Below are positions 1 to 9,660 of a stretch of DNA of 64,000 nucleotides, piece after piece. Source of the stretch: Patescibacteria group bacterium. GTDB lineage: Bacteria > Patescibacteriota > Patescibacteriia > 2-02-FULL-49-11. The notes beneath the pieces were generated by a model that was given only the letters and a program-made list of their open reading frames with translations, did no database searches and had not been told where the DNA came from. The translations under genes and the position numbers were made by a program. The DNA lies in assembly GCA_041645165.1 (NCBI GenBank), contig JBAZQN010000006.1:4933-68932 (forward strand), read 5' to 3'. How positions within the stretch are numbered: the stretch's first letter is position 1; each line of letters opens with the position of its first letter.

Positions 1-737
1 CCCACTTCTTGGGCTTTTATTTTTGACATACCGTAGTAAAACAAAAAATAAGCGACGGCCGATGAAAAGAAAACGCCAAAAATAATGCCGATTAGGCCGT
101 TAATATTTAACTGATGAAAACTCCAATTATTTAACTCCCCAACCGCAAAAGGCAAAAAAGTAAGGCTGCCGAAGAGGAAAGAGATTGTAGTTACTTGGTA
201 AGGATTAACTTTTTTTAATATATCTTTACCAAAAATGGTTTGAAAAATGGTTCCAAAAGTAGCAATGAGAAAAAATATATTACCGCCAATCCTGCCGAAA
301 TTCAACACTCCTCCGTTACTTACCACAGGAGATAAAATTACCACTAATACCCCAAAAAGCGCAATCATCATCCCGGACAACACTTTGAATTTTGGTTTTT
401 CGTGTAAAAATATGATGGAAAATAAATAGATAAAGACAGGCCCTGAACAAGCGATTATCGGCACATTAATGCTGGTTGACTTTGGTAATCCTAAAAAGAA
501 AAAACTGATGTTGATGGTCACACCAAAAAAACCAACTAAAAGAATCTCTAGCCACTGCCGCATATTTATCTTCTGCCAATGGTGAATTGCCAGGGGTATG
601 AAGATTAATCCCGCTCCAAAAAACCTGATAAACGCTAAGGTAAAGGGAGGAATATTCTCGAGGGCAAATTTAAAAATCGGCGCAGCAGCGCCCCAGATAA
701 TGTTGGTAATAATCAAGGCAGTGATGGGATTCATAAA

Positions 738-1226
738 TTATTTTTTCCAAGTTGTATTAATTTGCTTTATATTGTTAATTTTTTCTTTTTTAAAAAATTT
801 AATAAACAAGAACACTATCCCACTGATCACTAAGAATAAAGCTAGCCATCGTTTAAGAAGTTCTCTATAATAAGTCTTCTCTAAAAAAGTGTACTTCTCG
901 CCTATGTTTCCTTCTATGTACTCATAACCTAATTTTTCACAACATGGTTCAATATCTTTTAAATAAACAGTCGCTGTTAAATCGCATTGCTCAAATTTAT
1001 TAGCAATACTCCTATCATTATATTCAAGCTTCCAACCAGGTGGAACACTAAATGATTTTGAATTAAAACCCTCACCTTTGGCAGAAATATAAAAACCACA
1101 CTGTTGAGTTGTCTCATTTATAGCGTAACCAGTCGTAGGACCTAAAGCATTAACAGAGCTCGTAAGATATAAACAATTAATAATTATTAATACTAAGCTA
1201 GCCAAAACAATTTTCTTTTTAGACAT
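738..1226 (-). CDS. hypothetical small secreted/membrane-anchored protein (paralog 1 of a tandem pair)
   Basis: 162-aa ORF. N-terminus MSKKKIVLASLVLIIINCLYL is signal/TM-like. Lies in a ~30% GC AT-rich block. Next ORF has the same MSKKKI + TM start. Confidence 0.45.
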   Translation of the reverse strand: MSKKKIVLASLVLIIINCLYLTSSVNALGPTTGYAINETTQQCGFYISAKGEGFNSKSFSVPPGWKLEYNDRSIANKFEQCDLTATVYLKDIEPCCEKLGYEYIEGNIGEKYTFLEKTYYRELLKRWLALFLVISGIVFLFIKFFKKEKINNIKQINTTWKK

Positions 1227-1240
1227 AAAAGTTGTGTAAT

Positions 1241-1684
1241 CTATTTACTTTTCTGTTTATCTTTAAATAATAACAATTTCACTATTAAAAAATACAGTGA
1301 CATATAAATGGGTAGCGTTAACAAATAATAGTAATTATATTCCCTGATACCAAAGCCATGCCACTTAGATGCCAACCAAGGAAATGGAAAACCATATTTT
1401 ACTATTTCTTCTTGTGCGTCTGCGACACTGGCATGTTCTATGCTCCATAAATCATCCGATTCAGAACTATTTTTATCATAATAATCACGGTTACTGTAAT
1501 CCTTAAAATAAATAGTAACAAAAAATAATTTTATAGTTACATCTCTTAAACATCGGGGATTAGAGTCGACATTGACATAATTATGACCATAAACATTAAA
1601 ACAATGGTCATAAAAAAATATTATTTTATAGCTTAAATTTATGCAGATTAGAATAATAAATAAAATAATTTTCTTTTTAGACAT
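1241..1684 (-). CDS. hypothetical small secreted/membrane-anchored protein (paralog 2)
   Basis: 147-aa ORF with N-terminus MSKKKIILFIILICINLSY. Tandem with previous ORF and equally AT-rich. Confidence 0.45.
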   Translation of the reverse strand: MSKKKIILFIILICINLSYKIIFFYDHCFNVYGHNYVNVDSNPRCLRDVTIKLFFVTIYFKDYSNRDYYDKNSSESDDLWSIEHASVADAQEEIVKYGFPFPWLASKWHGFGIREYNYYYLLTLPIYMSLYFLIVKLLLFKDKQKSK

Positions 1685-1900
1685 AAAATTGTTCTCTATT
1701 ATGATGATAAAATTAGTATCTAGAACTATTTGAAGTGGTAATAAGTCGGCTCAATTCCCTCCATTTGAGCCGATAACTAAATCCCTAATCGGCTCATTCG
1801 CGCCGTGTTTGAGCCGAAAGATCCCGCGGTTTGAGCTGTTTCTTTATTAGTATCTGCTGACTAGGCTCACCCTAACCCATTATCATTTCTTCTGCGCCTT

Positions 1901-1946
1901 TTGAGGATGAAATATGCGCTTCATCCACTCAATCATGCCTAGAAGG
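1901..1946. repeat. direct repeat copy 1: diverged duplicate of the P-type ATPase 3' end (translates to ...HPQKAQKK*)
   Basis: 37/37 nt identical (ggatgaaatatgcgcttcatccactcaatcatgccta) to 2468-2504, which encodes the real C-terminus ...MIEWMKRIFHPHKKGKD*. Confidence 0.7.
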
Positions 1947-1978
1947 TCAGAATTACTCATGTTTTTAATAAACATGCA

Positions 1979-2410
1979 TTAACTAAGTTTTTTAATAAAC
2001 CTGATTGCTTTATTAATTTTATAGATTTCTTTAACCACGCAATAGGGTAAAATCACTAAAATGATAAATAGCATTATGAACAAAATCAAAATAACTGGGA
2101 ATAAATCTTTATCAATGAATTGAAAAAAATCTTTACTAAAAACATCTTTACTAAAAAAGGATATAATCATTATCATTATAAAAAGATATACAGATACTAA
2201 AAATAGTCTACCAAACTTTTGTCGTGTTAATTCAACAATATTTTTATCTAATATTATCAAATTGTATAAAAAGTTATTTTGTTTCGCTAAACATCCTTTA
2301 TGATAAAATAATACAGTATGCAATAAGGAAGCCGCACCTAAATAATCCCGCTCAGCAATAATCAAATCGTCCCTGGAATATATTTCTTTTTTGCATTGAT
2401 AACATTTCAT
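1979..2410 (-). CDS. hypothetical zinc-ribbon (CxxC...HxxC) membrane protein
   Basis: 143-aa ORF with N-terminal C-x2-C ... HKGC, followed by two hydrophobic segments. Sits between the two direct-repeat copies of the ATPase 3' end. Confidence 0.35.
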   Translation of the reverse strand: MKCYQCKKEIYSRDDLIIAERDYLGAASLLHTVLFYHKGCLAKQNNFLYNLIILDKNIVELTRQKFGRLFLVSVYLFIMIMIISFFSKDVFSKDFFQFIDKDLFPVILILFIMLFIILVILPYCVVKEIYKINKAIRFIKKLS

Positions 2411-2445
2411 ATTTTATTTCATTAAAGTATCAAAAATCTTTAAAT

Positions 2446-5178
2446 TTAATCTTTTCCTTTCTTGTGTGGATGAAATATGCGCTTCATCCACTCAATCATG
2501 CCTATAAAGACGCAGGAAATGAAGAGGATAAGCAGCCAGTCATGCGGTAAGAGAGGTACGGTGCCAAAGAGGTGCTGTAGCGCGGGGATGTAGATTACGG
2601 CGACTTGGAGCAATAATCCCGTGACGGCAGCAAGGATGAGCATGGGATTCCGCATAAATGGGATCCGCCAAATCGGCTCCTGCAGGGAGCGCAATGAAAA
2701 TACATAAACCGTGGCAGTGACCGAGAGCGTCGTGAATGCTATGGTCCGCGCAAGTTCCAGGGAATGGAACATATTCCAATAGAAGATGAAAAGGAGAAGA
2801 CTTAATATGGCAGAACAGGTGCTAATCGCGCCGATCAACCAGCGATGCTCGTGCATAAGAATAGATTCCCCTCTTACCCGCGGCTTTTCGCGCATGAGGG
2901 CGCGGTTGGCCGGCTCCTGGGTAAGCGCGAGCGCGGGAAACGTGTCAGTGACAATATTGACCCATAAAATTTGAGCAGGAAGATAGGGAAGGGGCCACCC
3001 CATCAGAAGCGCAAAAGTAATCGCAATGGTTTCCGTAAAGCTGTTAGAAAGCATATAAAGCGCCACGGTGCGGATATTATGGTAGATAAGCCTGCCCTCG
3101 CGTATGGCGCTCGTCATAGTGCGGATATGATTATCGAGAAGCACTATGTCCGACGACTCCTTTGCCACATCAGTGCCGCTCCCCAAGGCAACGCCGATGT
3201 CAGCCGCTTTCAAGGCGGGAGCGTCATTCACCCCGTCCCCTGTCATCGCAACCACCGCGCCTCTCGCTTTCCATGCCGCGATAATGCGGAGCTTGTCTTC
3301 AGGCGTTGCGCGGGAAAATACCGCAATATTATTTATCTTTTCCGCGAGCGCATTGAGCGAGAGTTCCTTGAGTTCGCTTCCATCCATTACCCTTCTTGCG
3401 CCCTTTAATAACCCAAGCGTTCGCCCGATGGAAGTGGCGGTAAGGCGATGATCGCCGGTTATCATGACCGTGCGGATGCCTGCTTTTTCCGCTTCCGCAA
3501 TGGTTTCCACCGCACCCTCGCGCAGAGGATCTTGGATGCCGATAAAGCCAAGAAATATCAAATCATGAAGAGGATTAACCATCTTTTTCAGCTCCCGTGC
3601 GTCTCTGCGTGCCTCCCTTTTCGTAATGCAGAGCACCCGCAATCCTTGTCCGCTCATGCGTTCCACTTTTTTATTCAGCGCATCTATCCCCTCACGGCTT
3701 AAAGGCACCACTCGGCCAGATTCGTCTTCTACATACTTGATAAAAGGGAGAAGGATTTCTGGCGCGCCTTTTACATAGAGCACGTCCTTTACGCTTCCCT
3801 CTGCCGCGGATGCGCGATGGAGCGTGCACATATATTTATCCTTTGAATTAAACGGCTGTTCAGCGCGGCGAGGATAGAGGTTCCGTAATGCGGCGACATC
3901 TATCCCATGGTCGAGAGCGGCGCGCATGAGCGCCCTGTCAGTGGTATTACCCGTGGCCACAGGGCCCGAAACAGCTCCCCCCATCTCATACGGCGCGGCA
4001 TCATTGCATACCACCATGGCAGTGACAAGCTCCTCTAACCCAGCATGTAAATCGTTTAACGCACGTTCGCGCAGTATATTGTAGGAACGAAGGTATGTGT
4101 CCATCCGCACTACTTGCATCTCCCCCACGGTGAGCGTGCCTGTTTTATCGGCACAGATGACGGATGTCGCACCGAGCGTTTCTGCGGCATGGAGCTTTTT
4201 TACGAGCCCTTTCTGCGTTAAAATTCTCTGCATGCCGATCGCAAGCACCACGGTAACAGCAATGGTAAGCCCTTCTGGAATCGCCGATACCGCAACTGCA
4301 ATCGCGGTCGCAAACATATCTGCAATCCCCTCTCCTTGAAAAATGCCGAATCCGAAAATTAATAGAACCACGACAATAATCGCAAACGCGAGCTCGCGTC
4401 CGAATCGGTTTAATTGCTTCTGGAGCGGCGTGCGCTCTTCCGGCGTTCGCGCAAGAAGCAGGGCAATATGCCCTACCTGCGTATGCGCACCCGTGGCCAC
4501 CACGAGCCCGCTTCCCCGTCCCGCAGTCACGACCGTACCAAACCAAAGCATGTTGATCTGTTCCGCAAGCACGCGTGCGGTATGAAGGGTGCGGACATCC
4601 TTTTTCGCGGGGTGCGATTCCCCCGTGAGCATGCTCTCATTGGCCTCCAGGGCATGCTCCGATAATAGGCGAATATCCGCGGGCACGCGGTCACCCGCCT
4701 GTACGGAAACGATATCGCCGGGCACCAGTTCCTCCTGCGGCACTTCCACGAGCGCGCCATCTCGTAGAACCCGCGCTTTGGTGACGATGACCTTCTGTAG
4801 CGCGGCAAGCGCATGCTGCGCACGGCGCTCTTGGAACGCGCCCACCGCTACATTTATGAATACCGCACCCAAAATAACCTGCGCATCGACTACATCTCCC
4901 AGCATGAAACTCGCCACAGACGCCGCGATCAGTATGACGACTAAAACATTGGCAAACTGGCGGAGCAGAATGAGCAAAAAGAAGTTACGATTCTCACGAT
5001 GCGGCAACACATTATTACCCCACTGCGTGCGGCGCTCGAGCGTCTCTCTCGTGGTAAGCCCTTGCGGGGTTGCGTGCAATTCCTGGAGGATCTCCTTGCC
5101 TGAACGCAATGAAAATGACCCCCCCGGAGATTGCCCTCCGAGCGGCTCTGCTTCCTTTTTTTGTCCCAGGTTAGTCAT
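2446..5178 (-). CDS. cation-transporting P-type ATPase (P2-type, Ca2+/Mg2+-like)
   Basis: 910 aa. Motifs: ICADKTGTLT (phosphorylation site), MITGDHRLTA, TGDGVNDAPALKAADIGVALG. Cation-ATPase N-domain and 10 TM-like segments. Confidence 0.9.
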   Translation of the reverse strand: MTNLGQKKEAEPLGGQSPGGSFSLRSGKEILQELHATPQGLTTRETLERRTQWGNNVLPHRENRNFFLLILLRQFANVLVVILIAASVASFMLGDVVDAQVILGAVFINVAVGAFQERRAQHALAALQKVIVTKARVLRDGALVEVPQEELVPGDIVSVQAGDRVPADIRLLSEHALEANESMLTGESHPAKKDVRTLHTARVLAEQINMLWFGTVVTAGRGSGLVVATGAHTQVGHIALLLARTPEERTPLQKQLNRFGRELAFAIIVVVLLIFGFGIFQGEGIADMFATAIAVAVSAIPEGLTIAVTVVLAIGMQRILTQKGLVKKLHAAETLGATSVICADKTGTLTVGEMQVVRMDTYLRSYNILRERALNDLHAGLEELVTAMVVCNDAAPYEMGGAVSGPVATGNTTDRALMRAALDHGIDVAALRNLYPRRAEQPFNSKDKYMCTLHRASAAEGSVKDVLYVKGAPEILLPFIKYVEDESGRVVPLSREGIDALNKKVERMSGQGLRVLCITKREARRDARELKKMVNPLHDLIFLGFIGIQDPLREGAVETIAEAEKAGIRTVMITGDHRLTATSIGRTLGLLKGARRVMDGSELKELSLNALAEKINNIAVFSRATPEDKLRIIAAWKARGAVVAMTGDGVNDAPALKAADIGVALGSGTDVAKESSDIVLLDNHIRTMTSAIREGRLIYHNIRTVALYMLSNSFTETIAITFALLMGWPLPYLPAQILWVNIVTDTFPALALTQEPANRALMREKPRVRGESILMHEHRWLIGAISTCSAILSLLLFIFYWNMFHSLELARTIAFTTLSVTATVYVFSLRSLQEPIWRIPFMRNPMLILAAVTGLLLQVAVIYIPALQHLFGTVPLLPHDWLLILFISCVFIGMIEWMKRIFHPHKKGKD
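2465..2510. repeat. direct repeat copy 2 (functional 3' end of ATPase gene)
   Basis: Same 37-bp core as 1905-1941. Lies inside CDS 2446..5178. Confidence 0.7.
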
Positions 5179-5295
5179 TTCCTTAATATTGTACGATGAA
5201 TAGGCATATATGGCAAAAACAGCTCTCCATTCCTTTCTCTTGCTATATTCTGTATAATACTGTTATCCACTCAGTTATAGATAAACCCTTTTAAA

Positions 5296-5402
5296 TATAT
5301 AACCAGACGCGAGTTGCCGCGTTTCGCCGCGAGGACTGTTTGAGTCCCGCGAAGCGGGACGAGTTCCGCAGCAAGAAAGGCGGCAACCGCGGCGGAATAG
5401 AA
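5296..5402. repeat. GC-rich leader element family F copy 1 (GCGAGGACTGT...GAGTCCCGCGAAGCGGGAC...GAGTTCCGCAGCAAGAAA)
   Basis: Shares GCGAGGACTGT, GTCCCG/CGGGAC hairpin and GAGTTCCGCAG(C)AAGAAA with 7076-7215. Partial similarity to 17030-17110. Confidence 0.5.
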
Positions 5403-5470
5403 CCATATTTCTAAAGGTTCATCTCTATAAAACCATTCCATTTGAATATTAACAAATAACTTTATACCCT

Positions 5471-5929
5471 ATGCCCCCCACTCCAGCCCAACCAGAGGAA
5501 CAAAAAGGCACCTTGCGCCCTTGGCTTTCTATCCTCGTAGTGCTCATTTTTGCCATAATTGCATGGGCCTATATCGCCCAAAAGGCCAAAACTAACGTAC
5601 AAGAGGAAGGTGTATCGACCGTAAACCAGCCTCCTCTCCCACCCACGCTCACGCTTCCCCAAGAGCCGCCAACGCTCACAGGCGCGATGACTTTTATCCA
5701 AGGCGCTAACCTCACCGTGATGGTCCTTAAGGAAAATAATCCTACGCTTGAGATTGATAAAGCGCTTATCGTCTCGGTAAGCGCTGATACCAAGATTGCG
5801 GATAAGGGCGGCAAGGCGCTGGCCTCTGACGCGCTGAAGGTGGGCGATACCATCGCCGTGTATAGCCAATTGCCTCTCACGGACGAGAGCTCAGTAGTAC
5901 CCGCGGATATTATCGTAATCAATCCTTAA
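5471..5929 (+). CDS. hypothetical membrane-anchored protein
   Basis: 152-aa ORF with one N-terminal TM (LSILVVLIFAIIAWAYIA), a Pro/Thr-rich linker, and coding-like composition. Overlapping minus ORF 5462..5869 judged less likely. Confidence 0.4.
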   Translation: MPPTPAQPEEQKGTLRPWLSILVVLIFAIIAWAYIAQKAKTNVQEEGVSTVNQPPLPPTLTLPQEPPTLTGAMTFIQGANLTVMVLKENNPTLEIDKALIVSVSADTKIADKGGKALASDALKVGDTIAVYSQLPLTDESSVVPADIIVINP

Positions 5930-6116
5930 ATCTAAATCCCATTCTCCACATTTTACACAAACCCCCTTCCTGAAGAAGGGGGTTTATTCATGCATAAATT
6001 TAATTTCAGTACCTTAGGCGCCGTAAAAAAATAACATATCCCGCCATCTACGCCGTACGTCAACAAAATAAGGACAAATCTATGGGACAAGTGAAATGTT
6101 ATTTTTTTAAGCGCCC

Positions 6117-7025
6117 TTAGGGTATGGCCAATGATTTTGCGAAAGAATCAGACAATGTAAATATCTCATCTTCTCCTGCGGCGCGGATCCACCACACATT
6201 TTGTTGCTTTACCAATGTGACTTCTCCCGAATCTGCTTCCAAAGAACCTTTGAATGAAATTATTATCCCTTTTGCTTCCTTTTGCGCAAAAGTGGCTTTA
6301 TCCTTTTCCGTGTCTATAAATCCTGTGGCTTTCAAGGGATGCAAAGCGGCTATTAATGTCTCCATCTCTGCATTGCCTGCGGCCACAGTGGCGGCCCCTG
6401 CGCTCACCTCCCACGTGTCTCCATCCTTGTGATAGGTTTTTATGGTTGCCCCTTGCATGCGGTAGGTGATCGTGTCAAGCGCGGCGGGGTCAATATTCAC
6501 AATCGTTTTATTCCTCCAAGAATCAATAAGCAACGGGAATACAAGAGACAGATTGGCATTGGCCAGATAGACCTCATCTTTGCCCTCAATCTTCACATAA
6601 GACGAGCTGTAGGTAGGGCCGCTTTTGCCTACCCTGAATGCGATACGCGTATCCTCCACGCGCAGGGAAATCAACAGCCCTTCATCACCAACTCCTAATC
6701 TTTCAAAATTCTCGGGGTTGCGAGATATGGGGCCTTCATAGGCACTGGTGCGCAAAGTATCCAAGGCTTTTTGCACCAGCTCCGCATCTGCGCGTTTCCC
6801 ATCTACGCGCCACGCACCGTCCTGTCGCGCTAAGGCAATAACGCTTTCATCTTTCTTAATCTCTATCTCCCCAACCTGCGAAGGGTCCATATTCTGAAGC
6901 GCTTTACTCATATTATTGGCGTTTCCACTCTTCTCCCCTCTTCCTTTCCGCCACCTCACTCCTCCTATTATCGCCGCAAGCACCACTACGATAAGCGCAA
7001 GAATTAACAATACTTTTTTGCTCAT
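6117..7025 (-). CDS. DUF4340-like protein, partner of the ABC/GldG transport system
   Basis: 302 aa with N-terminal TM (LLILALIVVVLAAIIGG). Sits 3' of the GldG-like gene, the typical DUF4340 context. Confidence 0.6.
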   Translation of the reverse strand: MSKKVLLILALIVVVLAAIIGGVRWRKGRGEKSGNANNMSKALQNMDPSQVGEIEIKKDESVIALARQDGAWRVDGKRADAELVQKALDTLRTSAYEGPISRNPENFERLGVGDEGLLISLRVEDTRIAFRVGKSGPTYSSSYVKIEGKDEVYLANANLSLVFPLLIDSWRNKTIVNIDPAALDTITYRMQGATIKTYHKDGDTWEVSAGAATVAAGNAEMETLIAALHPLKATGFIDTEKDKATFAQKEAKGIIISFKGSLEADSGEVTLVKQQNVWWIRAAGEDEIFTLSDSFAKSLAIP

Positions 7026-7075
7026 AAAATGAAAGCGTAGAATAATGCAGTAGAACTAATATCCGAAACGAAGGT

Positions 7076-7215
7076 TAGTCAATTTTAGTGCGAGGACTGT
7101 CCGAGGGAGTCCCGATGAGCTATGGATGATTAGTATTGGAGGCGAAACGGGACGATGCCATAAGGCACCCGAGTTCCGCAGAAGAAAATTGGGCTAACCT
7201 GAGTGGGGATGGCGG
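7076..7215. repeat. GC-rich leader element family F copy 2 (with internal insertion)
   Basis: See 5296-5402. Shared blocks: gcgaggactgt, gagtcccg, cgggacga, gagttccgcagaagaaa. Confidence 0.5.
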
Positions 7216-7249
7216 ATCCGCCTGCCTTAAAACTATCAACACATTCTAT

Positions 7250-9508
7250 TTAGATCATTGCTGATTTCTTCTTTCGAATAAATAGCCTTACCCCTGCGGC
7301 GAGCGCAACCAATATTGGCACACCGATAAGATTAAACAACCTCACCCTCTGCCGCAGAGTGTCGCTCGGGAACCCGAGGGGGCTCGGGATGCGCGTCTTG
7401 GACCGCACGCTGATAAGCGCTTCATCCTGCGTCAGCCAATCAACGGTATTCAACGCAAAGGTCAAATTGGGGCTTCCTTCCTGCATGAACTGATCACTCG
7501 CCATTTTCGCGCTCCCCACCAACACCAACCTCCCGCTCTTCTTGAGGGTTTGCCCTGCGGAAGAGTGCACCACCATGGACACTGCAGCAATATTCTTTCC
7601 GAGCTCATCCTTATTTGCCTTTAAGGGAGCTTGAGGGTCAATATTCACAGGCAGGGACTTCGCAAATCCGCCGTCAGTGGTGGTGAGAAGTTCCTGTATT
7701 TCATTACCCTCGCCTTTATCGGTCCGCTCGACTAACGACGCCCATGGTAACATTACCGAAGTGAGATCTCCTGCAATGGGGTTCGCCGTAACCACATGCG
7801 CGCGCACCCAATAGGGATATGGCAGGATCAGGGAAAGGAACCCGCTCTGGATGGTCACATTCTCATACGAACGCACATCGGCAAGGATCCGGGGGGCGAC
7901 ACGGGCGCCGAATGGAGCAAAGAGATCCCCGTTTGAATCAACATACTCCTGCGCGGTAAATGTCTGTGCATCCACGTTCGCCCTATCAATAAATGCCAGC
8001 ATACTTCCTCCTTGCTCAATGTAATTCCGGATGGCCTGCACTGCGCTGTCGCCAAGATCTTGAGTTGGCCCTAAGAGGATCGCTGCATCGGTTTCCTGGG
8101 CGATAACCGGCGTGGACGTGCTCATATCTGTATCAGTAACCGCGTCTAATCGGCTCAGCGCCTGGCGGAATGCGCCCGCAGGCTCCTCCCCGAAACCAGT
8201 TAGAAAGGTGACATTAGCTTTCTTGGGATCGGTAAGCGATTTAATGGACCTCAAAAGCCGGTATTCCAAATCATCGCTCCGATCGATAAAGGGGATCACT
8301 TCTTTCCCGTCTGTATACAAAGTAGCGAGGCCAAACATACCCTTTTGGGCTTGAAATACATCCTTTTCGAGCACATTGAACTGCATCTCGGTGATGCCTA
8401 ACGCCCTCGCCTCCTCTATCGCATCCGACCCTTCCTCCACGTTTTTATATTCCACCACGACATTCCCTCTCCCCTGTGATTGAAAATCTGACAGTAAATC
8501 TTGCACATCGCGTTTTACCAACGCGATCTGGGAAGGCAACTCTTTGGTGGAAAAAAGCTTAATGGTCACGAGATCCGGCAGTGCGCGCACAATAGTTTTC
8601 GTGGCAGGAGACAATGTATAGACGCGATTCTGGGTAAAATCAATGCGCCCCCGAAGGTATGCGCCCGCAAGGTTGAGCCCAAGGGTAAGTACTATAATAA
8701 GCATCGATCCATAAAAATACCGGCGTCGCTGAGGCGCATGGGGCGACAAACGTTCACGCATGAGGAGCCACCCCGCGATGCCAAAAGCCGCACCGCTCAC
8801 GGTTATGAAATATACAAAATCCCGTATGTCCAACACGCCCCTCGTTATATTGTAATAATGGGCGCTGATCGAGAGATGTTCTGCCACCACGCGTACTGAT
8901 GCAGGGAGGCCGACGGTGACGACCTCTGCCCCTGCGATCGTGAACACGAAACTCACCCCCGCGCTGATAAGGAACGAAGTCACTTGGTGGCGCACTCCTG
9001 CGGAGGCCGCAAGGCTAATGCATGAAAACACAAACGCCAAAAACATGGCGCCGAGATATTGCGCCGCCACAATGCCGAAATCAAAACTGCCAAACCCTCG
9101 CAGGGTTAAAACCACCGGCAACGTGAGGATAAACGTGATGAGGAAAAACGACCATACGGAAAGCAGTTTCCCTGCCAAATACACCCATGGATTCACCGGC
9201 TGCGCGAGCGCCGTTTCAAGCGTCCCTGATTTTCTCTCTTCCGCAATAAGCCGCATGCTCACCGCAGGGACTAAGAAAAGCAGGAGCCAGGGAAAAAGCT
9301 CAAACATCGGCCGCAAGGTGGCGATGGGATTAACGGCAAGTGAACGAAAATAAAAAAATGAATTGAATACGAGGGCAACGATAAGCAGGAGGTAACCGCC
9401 GGGATGGTCAAACCACGCGCGGAGTTCTCGTTGTACGATGGCAATGATTTGTCGAACCGCTATCATACAAAAATAATTACTAGATCTATTATCGTTTATA
9501 ATTCTCAA
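7250..9508 (-). CDS. fused ABC-2 type permease / GldG-like auxiliary component
   Basis: 752 aa. N-terminal ~250 aa has 6 TM (ABC-2 permease-like). A large extracytoplasmic domain follows, then a C-terminal TM anchor (LFNLIGVPILVALAAGVRLFI). Adjacent to the ABC ATPase gene. Confidence 0.65.
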   Translation of the reverse strand: MRIINDNRSSNYFCMIAVRQIIAIVQRELRAWFDHPGGYLLLIVALVFNSFFYFRSLAVNPIATLRPMFELFPWLLLFLVPAVSMRLIAEERKSGTLETALAQPVNPWVYLAGKLLSVWSFFLITFILTLPVVLTLRGFGSFDFGIVAAQYLGAMFLAFVFSCISLAASAGVRHQVTSFLISAGVSFVFTIAGAEVVTVGLPASVRVVAEHLSISAHYYNITRGVLDIRDFVYFITVSGAAFGIAGWLLMRERLSPHAPQRRRYFYGSMLIIVLTLGLNLAGAYLRGRIDFTQNRVYTLSPATKTIVRALPDLVTIKLFSTKELPSQIALVKRDVQDLLSDFQSQGRGNVVVEYKNVEEGSDAIEEARALGITEMQFNVLEKDVFQAQKGMFGLATLYTDGKEVIPFIDRSDDLEYRLLRSIKSLTDPKKANVTFLTGFGEEPAGAFRQALSRLDAVTDTDMSTSTPVIAQETDAAILLGPTQDLGDSAVQAIRNYIEQGGSMLAFIDRANVDAQTFTAQEYVDSNGDLFAPFGARVAPRILADVRSYENVTIQSGFLSLILPYPYWVRAHVVTANPIAGDLTSVMLPWASLVERTDKGEGNEIQELLTTTDGGFAKSLPVNIDPQAPLKANKDELGKNIAAVSMVVHSSAGQTLKKSGRLVLVGSAKMASDQFMQEGSPNLTFALNTVDWLTQDEALISVRSKTRIPSPLGFPSDTLRQRVRLFNLIGVPILVALAAGVRLFIRKKKSAMI

Positions 9509-9660
9509 TTTTCAAATCTCAATTTTCAAATAATTTTTAATGAATCAATGATGCAATGTTTGAAAATTGAATCATTGCGATATTGATTGTCCCGCCGCAA
9601 CGGGATCCCGCGTCCGCGGGAAAAATTGGAAATTGAATATTGAAAATTCTAACTCTCTAT
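9505..9660. repeat. AT-rich palindromic intergenic element (family E'), paralogous to 31030-31140, with a GCGGGATCCCGC hairpin
   Basis: Shares caattttcaaataattttt?aatg...caatgtttgaaaattgaa with 31040-31120. Core is gtcccgccgcaacgggatcccgcgtccgcggga. Confidence 0.6.

Noticed and set aside
2540-5203. Numerous 60–200-aa ORFs antisense to or nested in the P-type ATPase genes (e.g. 2971..3408, 4589..5203, 53888..54883).
   Set aside because: They overlap strongly supported long CDSs on the other strand. They have Arg/Ser/Cys-rich composition typical of antisense GC-rich frames and contain no motifs.
5462-5869. 135-aa minus-strand ORF overlapping the 5471..5929 plus-strand ORF.
   Set aside because: The plus-strand frame has a clean N-terminal TM helix and protein-like composition. 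The minus frame is Arg/Gly-rich antisense-like, so plus was preferred at low confidence.
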